A program made the translations under genes and the position numbers. DNA of 17,070 bases, taken from positions 1 through 17,070 of the forward strand of contig CAWJKT010000023.1 of assembly GCA_963843375.1 (NCBI GenBank), given 5' to 3'. A model generated the notes under the pieces. That model was not told the DNA's origin. It saw nothing but the letters and a program-made list of their open reading frames with translations, and made no database searches. The stretch is from an uncultured Pseudomonadota bacterium. Lineage in GTDB: Bacteria > Oederibacteriota > Muellerivitia > Muellerivitales > Muellerivitaceae. Shown here one piece after another: positions 1 through 10,083 of this stretch. How positions within the stretch are numbered: the stretch's first letter is position 1; each line of letters begins with the position of its first letter.

Positions 1-1
1 T

Positions 2-2549
2 TTAAATGGGTTCTTTTTCGTGTTCGACGAGTTTGTAAAGGGCGTACCAGCAACCCTCCACCGTCCCTTCGGGGTTGAAGCTGGCCATGTATTCCTTCCG
101 CAAATCCCGGTCAGCCGGGAATGAAGTTGAAATCCACCTGGTCAGGGGGTCGGCAACGATATAAACGGCTCCCTGGCGGTAGGCTGTCTTGATGTAGGCC
201 TTGGAGTAGATGTTGCGTAGCATGTGGAGGCTTGAAACCACTCGGGAATCTTTTTCGTTGAGTTCGAAAGCTTGCGCGCAAAGCGCCCGGTCCTGGTCGC
301 CGAGCTTGAGAAAAATCTTCGTGCCGGCGTTGTCCAGGATGGTCCTGGCTTCCTCATTCCCGGTCACGTCGGAAATCCTTTGCGTGATGGGGATGAAGGC
401 GTTCCCAAGGTGGCGGGAGGTCCTGGAGAGGATGTCCGCAAGCTGGCGGCCTGAGTGGGTGCTGATAAGGTCCCAGAGCTCGTCGCACAACGTGAAGGCC
501 CGGCGGCCCTGTTCGTGGCAATAACGCGCCCGGGCGAAGGCGAAGGTGGTGATGAGGTAAGTCACCAAGGCCTTGAGTTTCGGTCGCTTTGCCATTAAGG
601 CGGTGTCGAAGACGAGAAGTGGATTTTGCGGGTCGATATTCGTTTCCCGGTCGCAGATGTTGGCATAGGGGCCGTCCTCAACGTATTGGAGGAGGATCTC
701 GGCGAAGGTCATGCAGGTTTCCCGGCTTTTCTCCGAAACGTCCTCGGACTTGGACATTTCAAGGAACGACTTTCTGACGTCGCGCAGGAGGGGGTATTTC
801 TCCCCCTTCGTTTCCTTGAAAATCCGAAGATGGGTGGCCTCTTGATGGCGGTGAAGATAAGGGAAGTCTCCACCTGGGTCATCGGCCTTTCCTTGCCCTC
901 CTCGGTTATCTCAGAGAGGACGGTCGAGACGAAACCCATCGCGGCCTCCTCCTGGTCCTCCGAGACGACGCCCTTTATCCGGTAGGATTCCTCCGGGCAG
1001 TCGAAGGGGTTCGCGTGTTTCTTGCATTGAAGGTCGTACTTGATGTATTCACCGCCCGCCGCGTCGCAAGTGGTGGCGTAGGTCCCGGAGCGGTCGATGA
1101 TGGTCCCGAAGGGCCCCTGGGGCATGAGGCGGTTCAAGATGACCTGCGGCCCGACGCTTTTCCCGGAGCCGGACGACCCGAATATGGCGATGTTGTTGTT
1201 CTCGTTCCTGCTGGTGTAAAGGTCGATCTTGACGACCTGGTTGGTTTCCGAATAACCGAGGATGACACCGCTGTCGTCCGCCATGGGGTCCATGAAAAAA
1301 GGCCAGCAGTTGGAAATGTCCGCGGTCGTCCTCATCCATTCGTGCTTCTGTTGGACCTCGTTGAAGCAAAGCGGGAGGGTCGAAAGAAAAGCTGTTCCTG
1401 CTGGAAAACGCCGTCGTACTTGTGGATATCCGGGAGCCTGGAAGCGAAGTTCTCGTACTTGTCCTTGAGGTCGGATTCGGAGCTGCCGTAGACGGAGACG
1501 AAAAGGGCCGACTTGGCCAGGCCGGTATCACCCTGGGCGATCTCAGCCAGGGTCGCGTCCCTCTTGATGCCGCTGGCCTCGCTGTCGTAATTCTTCTTGC
1601 GGCCGTCCGGAGAGAATGACGAGCTGTCCTGGTTCAATTGTTTCTTGATGATGCTTTTCCCGAGGTCCTGGTCGACCCCCCGGACGAAAAGGCTTATCTT
1701 GAAATTCTCCACCTGCTCGAGGAATTGGTAGAGGAACAACGGCTTCTCCCCGAAGATGGGGAAATTCATGACGCTCATGGTCCGGACGTAGGTTTCGCCC
1801 ACCTTGACGTGCCTGGGTTCGACCTCGATGGGTTGCGTGGCCAAGGCCTCGCGGAGAGTCTGGAACCCGTCCGGGCCGGCTGAAACGCTTTCGGTCCGGT
1901 CGAAGCCGGCAACGCTTCCCGTCCAAGGCATGAGATTGATCTCCGAATAGAGTAGCCGGTAAATGTCCCCTTTCGAAAGCTCCTCGATCCCAAGCCCGGC
2001 CACAGTCAATGACGTGCACCAGGTCTTGGCTCTCCGTTGGACTTCGTCGAGATTCTGCAGGGGATCGGACGTTTTCGGCTTGGACGACGAAATAAGCCCC
2101 GTGAAGAAGTCGAACATAGATTCAGACACGGGCTTGGTTTCCTGGTTGATGGTGAAAAGAAGGTAGGTCTCGAAGCCGCAAAGCGAATTGTTGGCGACGA
2201 AATCCTCGATCCATTCCTCCTGCCGGGCGTTGTAGTGGTTGCGGTAGCCCTCCGGGGCCTCGTCGGAGCAGGATTCCCGGAAATCGGCGGCGAGTTTCTC
2301 CCCCTGGACCGGAACCCGTCGCATGAGAACCTGGATTTCCTCGTTTGCCCTCAACTGCCGGATGGCGTTGTCGAATTGGGCCACTTTTCCCTGAATGGTT
2401 TGGTCGTCGTCGTTGTAAGGGTTCACGCCTCCGGTGACTTTGAACACTGACACGAACCTTCGGGGCGTGCTGAGTTCGATATACCCTTCGCCCACCTTGG
2501 CCAGCCTTAACCTCTCGGCGGCTGCGCCTTCCTTAACTGATTCAGCCAT
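2..2549 (-). CDS. virB4: VirB4/TraC-family T4SS ATPase (~850 aa), split into three ORFs by frameshifts at ~1387 and ~840
   Basis: Starts MAESVKEG at ATG 2549, overlapping the stop of the upstream gene. Walker A GSSGSGKS lies in 'NENNNIAIFGSSGSGKS' followed by 'IIDRSGTY'. Walker B is FTLCDELW, followed by 'RTSRHLG...ITQRISD...ILDNAGTKIFLK'. Correcting the frames joins QQEQLF-STLPLCFNEVQQKHEWMRTTADISNCWPF and IK..THLRIFKETKGEKYPLLRDVRKSFLEMSK. Stop TAA at 2-4. Confidence 0.92.
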
Positions 2550-2853
2550 TTGAGCTTTCCTTTCTCTCGATGATTTGCGACCTCTCCCTTCCAGGGAGCA
2601 GGAGCTTGGGCTTGGTGATGAATGCGAATACGAATTCGAAAAATCCCCTCGGCATCTTGTTCTTGATGATGAAGAACCAAAAGACGCCGTAGCAGGATGA
2701 TCCACAGGCGATGATGGAAAAGATGAAGCCGAATATGTGGGACAAAACCAGGAAAAGAGGAACGTTCAAGACGACGAAACCACCGACGACCATGAAATCG
2801 TTGATCGGGAAAAGTTCGAGGAACTTGGGTGGTTGGTCAAGCGGCTTGCTCAT
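2542..2853 (-). CDS. VirB3/PrgI-like small membrane protein
   Basis: 103 aa with two hydrophobic helices followed by 'KNKMPRGFFEFVFAFITKPK'. It sits directly upstream of virB4 and overlaps it, the usual VirB3/PrgI position. Confidence 0.7.
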   Translation of the reverse strand: MSKPLDQPPKFLELFPINDFMVVGGFVVLNVPLFLVLSHIFGFIFSIIACGSSCYGVFWFFIIKNKMPRGFFEFVFAFITKPKLLLPGRERSQIIERKESSNG

Positions 2854-2862
2854 GTCGATTCC

Positions 2863-4835
2863 TTATTTCTTGAACGACGGCGTAGGACCGCCCCCGGGTG
2901 GCCGGGTGGGGCCTTGAGGCCCTCGGCCTGGGTTGTTTTTAGGTGATTGTCGGAAACCTGTCGATCCGCCGGCGTTCCGGGAACCAAATCGCATGGCGTT
3001 GACCTGTGGGCCTTTGGGTGTCGCGTCCTTTGCCCCGGAGGATCCCGCTTGGCCGGGCGCTCCCTGGACAGCGGCGTCCCCTTTGGGTTGCCTCATCGAG
3101 GCGAAATTATTTCCTGGCCTGAAAGGATTCCCGCTGGTGGCCTTGCCGAGTGTCTTGCTGACGGCGTTTACCGCCTTGGTGCTTTGTTGGCCGACGGTGG
3201 AACCGACCTTCATCCCAGCTTGGCCCCCGCGGTGGGGTTCCCGATGAGAAGTCCACCAAGCGCCCCGGTGGCCGCTCCGACACCTCCCCCTACCCCGCCC
3301 GCGACCTTTTGACCGATCTGACCCGTGGAGGCTTCAAGAACCCTGGAAGCCAGGTTCGCGCCCCCCAGGCCTAAACCCATGACGCGGGTGACATCCCTGA
3401 ATATCTGGCCGGCCGATCCCTCGAAATGGGATTTGGTTTTAGTGAAGACGTCGGCTATGTCCTTGCTGTTTTGGATGACCATGAGGGCAGAGAGGAGGCC
3501 GAAAGCCGTCATGATCGTTCCCTGCCCGGCCGCCTGGCCGGTTGGGGTCCAGTTGAGGTGAGGGATGAGATTCAAGAGGTAAAATCCAACGCCCCAAATC
3601 ACGTTTTGGAAAAGAAGCTTGATGTAAGCCCAGGCCCCGGCGAAGGTCAAATCCTCCCAATCCGGGTGCCCGTAGCAACCGAAAAAGGCGAACATGAGGA
3701 AAAAATAGAGGATGAGCATGACGACCTGGTAGCCCTTGGCGATCAGGATGGCGATGCAAATGAGGATGCCGAAAAGGGCGACGAATGTCTGTATACCGGA
3801 ATTCAGGAGGTTGGACCAGGTATCGTTGGGGTACTTCACGGGGTCAGGATTGGGGTCCTGGGGGGCAACCCTAGGTTGGCCTATTTGAATAATGGGATGA
3901 CTTTCCTGGGGAAGGTTCAATTGAGCGGCGGGATTAGTCGGCAAGACACCCGAAGATGAAAAGAGGGGGGCTTCTTGGGAGGTTTGGGCAAGGTTCCCAA
4001 CGCCCACGTTGTAGTTCAAGTAGGTGTAAATGGACGGAAGAAGGGTGATAAGCACAAGGCAAAGCCCAGCCGTTGCAAGGATGGCGAACCCTCCTCCGTT
4101 CCCCGTGGCGGTCTTGTTCCATCCCCAATAGAGTCCCATCACACAAAGGAACATCGCAAAGGACCAGGCGAAGACCTTTCCCAGGTTGAATTCATAAAGG
4201 AAGTTCGTTCGTTCATTTTGTTGAGCCACCCCTTGGCCCCCGGTGTCCGTCGTGACGTCAAAATTCGTGAGGGAAGAAAAGGCCCCCCCGTTCGTGATGA
4301 AACTGTTTTGGGAATAAATCAGTATGGCCGTGTTCGAAGAAAGCCGGCAGGTGAATGACGTCCAAAAGGGCCAACAAGTGATGCAGACGACCGGGACGAC
4401 GATTCGAAGGAAGACGGCCCTGGAAAGCTGGTGCTTCGAGGAACCAAAGCCGATTTGTCCGAGGTAGACCGTGCTGGCGATAAGACCCACCATCAAACCG
4501 ATCCCGACCATGATGTGGATGACGTTGGTGACGCTTTGGGGCGCTTGTTGTGATCCCAAGGCCAGCCAGGTCTTCGGGGAGGCTATGTCGGGGATGAAAA
4601 GGGTCCGTGTTCCGAGGAATTGGTAGACCTTGAAGAGACAGTTCATGCAGAACTGCGCTACCAACCGGCCAAGGGCACACACCCAATGCCAGGCGTGTTT
4701 TTGGAGGAATTGGTCTATCCCGTTGCTCATGTCCTCAGGCGAAACCCCGAGAACCCCGGCGTGGACCAGCGAGGCCCACGCGAAAAAAAGCCAGGATGAA
4801 GCGGCGATAAAAATGAACGTGCGGCGGCGTTTCAT
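2863..4835 (-). CDS. VirB6/TrbL-like polytopic membrane protein with a Gly/Pro-rich C-terminal tail (~657 aa; frameshift at ~3215)
   Basis: Probable start MKRRRTFIFIAASSWLFFAWASLVHA at ATG 4835, just after the pilin stop. Many TM segments. One extra G in the ggg run fuses AKLG to MKVGSTV (ORF 2863..3213), giving a TrbL-like low-complexity tail. Located between the pilin and virB3/virB4. Confidence 0.72.
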
Positions 4836-4837
4836 TA

Positions 4838-5221
4838 TTAAGGCTGGGCTATGGGCTGGGTCCAGGTGGTCGACGGCGAGGGCGCCCCGGCGGTCAGGGT
4901 CATGTTGTAAATCCAAAGGGCGGCGCTCAAGGTCAGGAAAATCCCGAGCATGGCCCCGAATCCTTTCATGATCTTCATGCCGGCTTCCGGGTCCTTGTCG
5001 CCGCCGAAGGCGGTCCAATGTTTCTTGAGTTGCAAACCACACCAGAACTCGCTGAGGATCAGCACGGCCAGGTCGACCTTGGCGAAAACCGTGTTCAAGA
5101 CGGGCCAATCCTGGAAACCCAATCCGGCCGCGTGAGCGTTGCCGGCGCACAAGACCGCCATGAAAAACAAAGGGGCGGCGTTCATCGCCCGTCGACTCCA
5201 TCTTCCGAAAAATTCCTTCAT
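4838..5221 (-). CDS. VirB2/TrbC-like pilin precursor
   Basis: GGAGG RBS before ATG 5221. Signal peptide ends in AHA, then two hydrophobic helices separated by a short charged loop (FGGDKDPEAGMK). Size and position fit a pilin. Confidence 0.6.
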   Translation of the reverse strand: MKEFFGRWSRRAMNAAPLFFMAVLCAGNAHAAGLGFQDWPVLNTVFAKVDLAVLILSEFWCGLQLKKHWTAFGGDKDPEAGMKIMKGFGAMLGIFLTLSAALWIYNMTLTAGAPSPSTTWTQPIAQP

Positions 5222-5247
5222 CCTCGACCTCCCAAAAGATATTTCCC

Positions 5248-6117
5248 TCAAGGCTTCGGCAAGGCTTGGCCGTTATTCGCTCCCTGGGGGACCGGCTGTA
5301 AAGAACTGCCTACATTCATGCTTTGGTTAAGCGAGTTGGCCGCTTGGCCGCCCGCCACGTTGACAACCCCAACGCCCGTGTTGCTGGCCACGTTCGAAGG
5401 GGGTTGCGAATTCAAAAGCCCGGTCATGCCGCTCCCGAGCACGCCCGTATAAGACGACGACCCAAGGAGGGCGGAAACTAATTGCCCGACCAGGCCCGCA
5501 CCGATGATGGACGTCAAGGATGTCACGACCGTCGTGAAGGCGGTCCCGAGGGCCGCCAGGAATTGGTTTTGTTGCTGGGTGGGTTGGTAGTTGGCCGAAA
5601 CCGGCAAGGTGGCCATTGGGGCGATCTGGCCGGCCAGGCTTTGAGCTTGCGCGCGGTCGCCTTGGTCCACCGCCGTCGCCTCCTGGTTAAGCACGGAAGC
5701 CACTTGTTGGAAGTTGGGATCGCCGGTTGCCGAAAGCTGGCTCGCCTGGGAGCGAAGCTGGCTGGAACTGTCGAAGGCGAAGGCCGACCCGGCCGTGTCG
5801 GCGAGGGCCTGGGCCAGGGTTCCGACCTTCTGAATGATCTGGTCCTTCATGTAGTTCCGGCTGTCGCCCGCCTTATAGTCGTAGATTTTCGAGTAGTTTG
5901 ATTTTCTTGAGACGCCTTTGAATCCACCGGACCGACCGAATGCGGCAGGGTTGGCGGTGCTCGGGTCGCCGTTTTCAAGGCTTCGGTAGTGGTCCATCAT
6001 GTAGTTTTTGTAGGCACCGAAGTCTTTTCCGGGGTCGCTCGTCGCCTGGGCTAAGGCCTGGCAAAAAGGAACCGTGACCAGGAAAAAGCCTGAAATGAGA
6101 ACGAGGAATTTTTTCAT
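5248..6117 (-). CDS. Secreted Ala/Gln/Ser-rich protein with a hydrophobic Gly-rich C-terminal region (possible VirB5-like/pilus-associated protein)
   Basis: AAAGGA RBS before ATG 6117. Signal peptide MKKFLVLISGFFLVTVPFCQALA. Helical Q/A-rich middle and the hydrophobic stretch FLAALGTAFTTVVTSLTSIIGAGLVGQLVSALLG. Function is inferred from position only. Confidence 0.6.
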   Translation of the reverse strand: MKKFLVLISGFFLVTVPFCQALAQATSDPGKDFGAYKNYMMDHYRSLENGDPSTANPAAFGRSGGFKGVSRKSNYSKIYDYKAGDSRNYMKDQIIQKVGTLAQALADTAGSAFAFDSSSQLRSQASQLSATGDPNFQQVASVLNQEATAVDQGDRAQAQSLAGQIAPMATLPVSANYQPTQQQNQFLAALGTAFTTVVTSLTSIIGAGLVGQLVSALLGSSSYTGVLGSGMTGLLNSQPPSNVASNTGVGVVNVAGGQAANSLNQSMNVGSSLQPVPQGANNGQALPKP

Positions 6118-6128
6118 ATCCGTTCCTT

Positions 6129-6632
6129 TCAATGGAGCGTCAAGAGGGACGGGTACTGCAGTCCGTCCTTGTAAATCATCAGGGTCAAGCTAAAACCCGG
6201 CTTGAACTCGCCGGGGTGGTCGATGGTGAAGTTGTAAGCGTCGTTGAGGCTCCCCGAATCGACCTCGTTGCGGGTTGCGTCCTCTTTCAAAATCCACTTC
6301 TCAGCCGGCGCGTCCGTTTCGACCTTCCCCACGAAATGCGTGTGGTAGTTGATGACGGTGGCCTTCATGTTTGCCCAGGAGCTCGACCCCGTAAAAACCA
6401 TGGTTGTCGGAGCCTGGGCGACCTCGACGTCCTCGATCTTTTTTGTATTCTTCCCTTTCCGGGTAGAACCCCCACCCGGCGACCCGATGGCCTGGTCGGG
6501 CAGATACCGCATGGAAAGGGCGTCGAAGACCGACGCATGCAGGTCGAAGAAAGCTTTCAAGTCGTCTGCCGTCCGGTCCGCCAATGCCGGTCCCGCGATG
6601 AAAAGGATAAGAACGAAAAGGAACCACCTCAA
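6129..6632 (-). CDS. Secreted hypothetical protein (167 aa)
   Basis: TTG start overlaps the upstream stop (TTGA). Signal peptide MRWFLFVLILFIAGPALA. Beta-rich C-terminal half. Confidence 0.7.
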   Translation of the reverse strand: MRWFLFVLILFIAGPALADRTADDLKAFFDLHASVFDALSMRYLPDQAIGSPGGGSTRKGKNTKKIEDVEVAQAPTTMVFTGSSSWANMKATVINYHTHFVGKVETDAPAEKWILKEDATRNEVDSGSLNDAYNFTIDHPGEFKPGFSLTLMIYKDGLQYPSLLTLH

Positions 6633-7876
6633 AACGTGACCTCCATGTCGACGAGGTATCCAAGGGTGTTGTAGGCCGAGGCGACCAGGGGGATATTAAG
6701 CCCGTCGATCACGTTTCCCGGACCGATGGGTTGGGCCAGCGGCTGTCGGTTGATCGGACCCAAGGCGTTCGACGAATTGAGCCGCGAGAAAGTGTAGTCG
6801 CCGGGACTGTCCGTTATGTAAAAGTTGATGTTGAATCCCTTGATACGAGTCTTGAGGCCGACAAAGAAAACCTTCTGGGGGTATGAAGCAAGGCCCTGGT
6901 CCAGGTTGTTTCCGCCGGTGAAGGTGTTGTTGAGGCTGTAACCGATCGGGACCTGCATTTCGAGGATAAGTTCATCCAAGGAAAAGGGACCGAAAGTAAT
7001 AAGACGCCGGGCGCGCGCGCCGACGCCCAAAACGCTGGAATCGTTGCTGAAGTGGGCGTCCTCAACCCCATATTCCGCGTAAAACTCGTAATCGTGCGCG
7101 AGGGTAAAATCGAGCGACCCGGAATAGGTCAAGTCCCCGCCCGTGATGGAGTAGTCGTAAAAGTTGTTGGCGCAACCCCCAATGTTGAAGCGGGCGATAA
7201 CAGGGATATCCGCGAACTTGGTGCTGACCCTGGCCTGCCCCAGGATGAAGCTTTGGGTCGTGTCGTAGGCCGCGTAGGTGGAGGAAAAAACCGTCGGGAA
7301 ATAGTAAAGGCTCAATGCGGTCGAGTTGGAGTTGATCGACTGCCCCGAGTCCACTACCCCCACGCTGAAATTGATGGGGAGGGTCAACTGGAAGCCGTCC
7401 AGCCGCCTTAAGCCCATGGTGGAGTAGTCGCCGAAAAACCTCATGGGCGTCAAGGGGTCCCCGACGTTCAGACGCCCGGCGGCGGCGGTCAGGAACAAGT
7501 CCGAATAGGACACGTCCCCGGTGATGATTTGGAGGGAATCCGCCTCATAGGAGTTGGAGAAATATTTCAGGACACGGACGTCCCCCTCGGCGGTGAAGTT
7601 GTATTGGTCCAGGCGGCGGCGGAGGAAGAGGTCCACGAAGGAATAAAAATTCGAACCGGAAGCGTCGTTCTGGAAAGCCGTGGCCACGCGGTAGTTGATC
7701 CACTTGGCCGTGTCGTCCATGGGGGGAGGGGGGACCCACCGGGGCGACGGCGTAGGTGTATTGGTCGGGGTTATGGTGGTCGTCGGGCTTGGCGTCGGCT
7801 TGGGTTTGGCGTCAGCCTTGCTTGCGGCCAAGGCCAAAAAAGGCAAAAGAGTAGCGATAAAGATGGTTTTTTTCAT
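6629..7876 (-). CDS. Probable outer-membrane beta-barrel protein with an N-terminal Pro/Thr linker
   Basis: Signal peptide, then PKPTPSPTTTITPTNTPTPSP, alternating hydrophobic/aromatic strands (FTAEGDVRVLKYF, YEFYAEYGV) and a C-terminal beta-signal-like end GYLVDMEVTF. Confidence 0.7.
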   Translation of the reverse strand: MKKTIFIATLLPFLALAASKADAKPKPTPSPTTTITPTNTPTPSPRWVPPPPMDDTAKWINYRVATAFQNDASGSNFYSFVDLFLRRRLDQYNFTAEGDVRVLKYFSNSYEADSLQIITGDVSYSDLFLTAAAGRLNVGDPLTPMRFFGDYSTMGLRRLDGFQLTLPINFSVGVVDSGQSINSNSTALSLYYFPTVFSSTYAAYDTTQSFILGQARVSTKFADIPVIARFNIGGCANNFYDYSITGGDLTYSGSLDFTLAHDYEFYAEYGVEDAHFSNDSSVLGVGARARRLITFGPFSLDELILEMQVPIGYSLNNTFTGGNNLDQGLASYPQKVFFVGLKTRIKGFNINFYITDSPGDYTFSRLNSSNALGPINRQPLAQPIGPGNVIDGLNIPLVASAYNTLGYLVDMEVTF

Positions 7877-7894
7877 AAAGTTTCCTTTTCAAAT

Positions 7895-8678
7895 TCATGG
7901 GATCGTGTAAGAGACGATGACTTGGGGTTTGTACTCGGCGGTGCCGGTGTTGTCCCAAAACGAAATGTATCCGCTTCCGTTCCCTGTTTCTGGTTCCGAG
8001 GAGATGCAAAGGCCGTAGATGACGCCCGAATTAGCCGGGTTCGTCCAGGGCTGGACAACCGAGACGGGAAGGTTCCAAGCCAAAGGAACCTGGTTTCCGT
8101 TGACCTGGCTTGGGGTGACGGTGACCGTGGACAGAGGCGTGGAGTTGTAGTCAACGCCGGGGGTGATGGGGCCGGATGAGCCTACATTTCCCCACCCACG
8201 GTCCAGAATCTGATAAATGAGTAACCAATGTAGCTGAATCATTCCAAAGACAATTCCCAGGGGAACAAATATTGATAATTTTGAGTGAACACCAAAAATA
8301 TAAGTAGTTCCAGCGGCAAGCGTCGAAGCGGTTTCGGTTGTAAGTTGGAGATAGGCCCCCGTTACAGTCGCGTTCGATGGGAATTTGTAAGAGAGATTAG
8401 CCCTAAATAAACCTAATTGGACATTCGCGGTTGTGGCACCGGTTCCTACTTGGATTTCACCGGTACCGGGGGCGGTGCTTTGGTTACTGCCGTTCACCCA
8501 ATGGGTATCAATCCCGGAATAACCCGAATCCGGGTAGACGCCATTTTCAAAAGTCATTTGGTAGGTCGGGAACGGTCGGCCCTGCAGGGCCCGTGGGTCC
8601 AGAGGGACCAGTGGATCCCTTTTCACAGCCATAGATACAAAGGGCCACCATGAGAGTTAGGATTACCGATTTTTTCAT
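7895..8678 (-). CDS. Lipoprotein with a short collagen-like repeat and a DNRLRE-like domain (frameshift ~8568; probable compensating shifts ~8190-8280)
   Basis: GAGGA RBS and ATG 8678 give MKKSVILTLMVALCIYG-C then EKGSTGPSGPTGPAGPTVP. A one-base shift joins TYQMTFENGVYPDSGYSGIDTH...GLFRANLS...PSNATVTGAYLQLT...YKPQVIVSY, which resembles the DNRLRE/CBM96-type pattern. Confidence 0.68.
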
Positions 8679-8698
8679 TTTATCCTCGCTGTTTAAAT

Positions 8699-9821
8699 TT
8701 AGAAATTGACGCTCATACACTGGTTTGAGCCGTTGGTGGAAAGTCCCGTCGTTGTTTGCTGTCCATGGAAATTACAAACCAAAGAGGGATACCAGCCGGT
8801 GTAGAAGGTGATGCTGTAGGTCCCGGGGGTGAAACTGATTGATCCGCCACCTGTCTGGTTGTTATTGATGTTCCCATTTGGGCGTCTGCAAATAATCACT
8901 CGAACAGTTGCCGCCGTTCCACTGGATAGTCATAACGTCATTGGCGTGGCACCCATTGGTGTCGGTGATGGTCAAGTTACCCGTCAAATAAAGCTGGACT
9001 CCACTTGCACAGCTATAAAACCCATTGTTCAAATCGGTGGCTTGCCAGTTGACGGTCAGGTTGGAGGTGAAGTTTTTAGTGACGGGGGTGAAATAGGTCA
9101 AAGCTCTCCAAGCGTTGGGGTTGTGGTGTTTGAAATGGCGTCAAAACCATAAGATAGTCGCTGGGACACTTTCCTGGTCCACGCATTGGCTCCCCGTCAA
9201 AGTGATGGTCACGGAAACCGGGCTTGTGGTTCCAATCGTGGCCGCTGAACTGGAAACAGACCAGTTGGACGCAGGGGTGGGCATATAAAGCCAAACCGGA
9301 ACAAGAAGATTTCCGGGTTGGGTGTAGGTCAATTGATAAGTAAATGTCCCGCCGCTTGTTCCCGTAAATTGGGTTACGGCGGGCGGAGTAACCTGGAAGG
9401 AAGGGGCCTGGGTTTCGTACTTCAAGGTTTCGTTGTTGGCTGTCACCGCCAAGGACGCCACACTTGGCGCATATGGCGGGAAAGGGGTGGCCGCGGCCAC
9501 CACGGTCCAGGTTCCCTGCTCCAATTCGCCGGTATCGGGTTGGAACAAACATGTCCCGTCCGCGAGGGTACTCCGGTGCATGGTCACTGAGTTGTCAGGC
9601 GGGATGAAATCCAGACTCATTCCGGACGGCGTTTTGCCGTTGTCAACAACCGAGACGTTGATGCCACCACCAGCAATTGGCATGGGGGTGGGTGTGGCTT
9701 CGTTCAATGAAGGACTCGCCGACGTGGGGGTTTGGGTTTTCTTGCAACCGGTGGACAAGATGGACCCGAAAAATATTACCGACAGAACCACGGATAAAAG
9801 GACGGCTGTGGTTTTTTTCAT
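8699..9821 (-). CDS. Large Thr/Ser/Cys-rich lipoprotein with Ig-like beta domains (~370 aa; frameshifts ~9150, ~9103, ~8878)
   Basis: ATG 9821 gives MKKTTAVLLSVVLSVIFFGSILSTG-C lipobox, a PT linker and a Cna-B/carboxypeptidase-regulatory-like segment (INVSVVDNG...GTWTVVAAA). ORFs 8862..9101 and 8699..8899 continue the same beta-rich composition to CMSVNF-stop. Confidence 0.65.
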
Positions 9822-9888
9822 ATACAAACCCCTTTCATTCATAAACTTGCCGGTCCCTCCTTTCATGAGTCGGACCGGGTCAACACTT

Positions 9889-10083
9889 TCAGACCGCGTT
9901 TTTTCCTCTCTTTGAAAAATACCGGGCGTCGAGGGCCTGCCGAATAATTTCTGACTTCGTGGTTTTCCGGCCTTTAGACATCTTGGCCTTGATTTCATCC
10001 TCCAATTTTTTTTCATGGATGGGAGCTATCAAGGCCTGCAGACGGATCATCCTTATTTTTTGGAGTTCGCCCGTTTGTTCCAT
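9889..10083 (-). CDS. Ribbon-helix-helix (CopG/Arc-like) DNA-binding protein, first gene of the operon
   Basis: 64 aa with an N-terminal beta-strand RMIRLQALI, a helix, and the RHH-type helix-B motif TKSEIIRQALDARY. Confidence 0.7.
   Translation of the reverse strand: MEQTGELQKIRMIRLQALIAPIHEKKLEDEIKAKMSKGRKTTKSEIIRQALDARYFSKRGKNAV

Noticed and set aside
709..1390. Programmed frameshifting or a natural split of virB4
   Set aside because: No clear slippery heptamer, and similar indels affect unrelated genes throughout the window.
4836..5201. N-terminal extension of the 663-aa ORF 3210..5201
   Set aside because: It is an Arg-rich off-frame reading that overlaps the pilin-like gene. The credible start is ATG 4835.
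7725..7810. Repetitive DNA as a tandem repeat or CRISPR array
   Set aside because: It encodes a Pro/Thr linker. No regularly spaced repeat array, tRNA or rRNA was seen anywhere in the window.
210..9915. Numerous plus-strand ORFs opposite the operon
   Set aside because: They are antisense shadows with no motifs or RBS, and the minus strand is already fully coding.
9822..10016. N-terminal extension of ORF 9141..10016
   Set aside because: It overlaps the RHH gene in another frame. The lipoprotein signal peptide begins at 9821.
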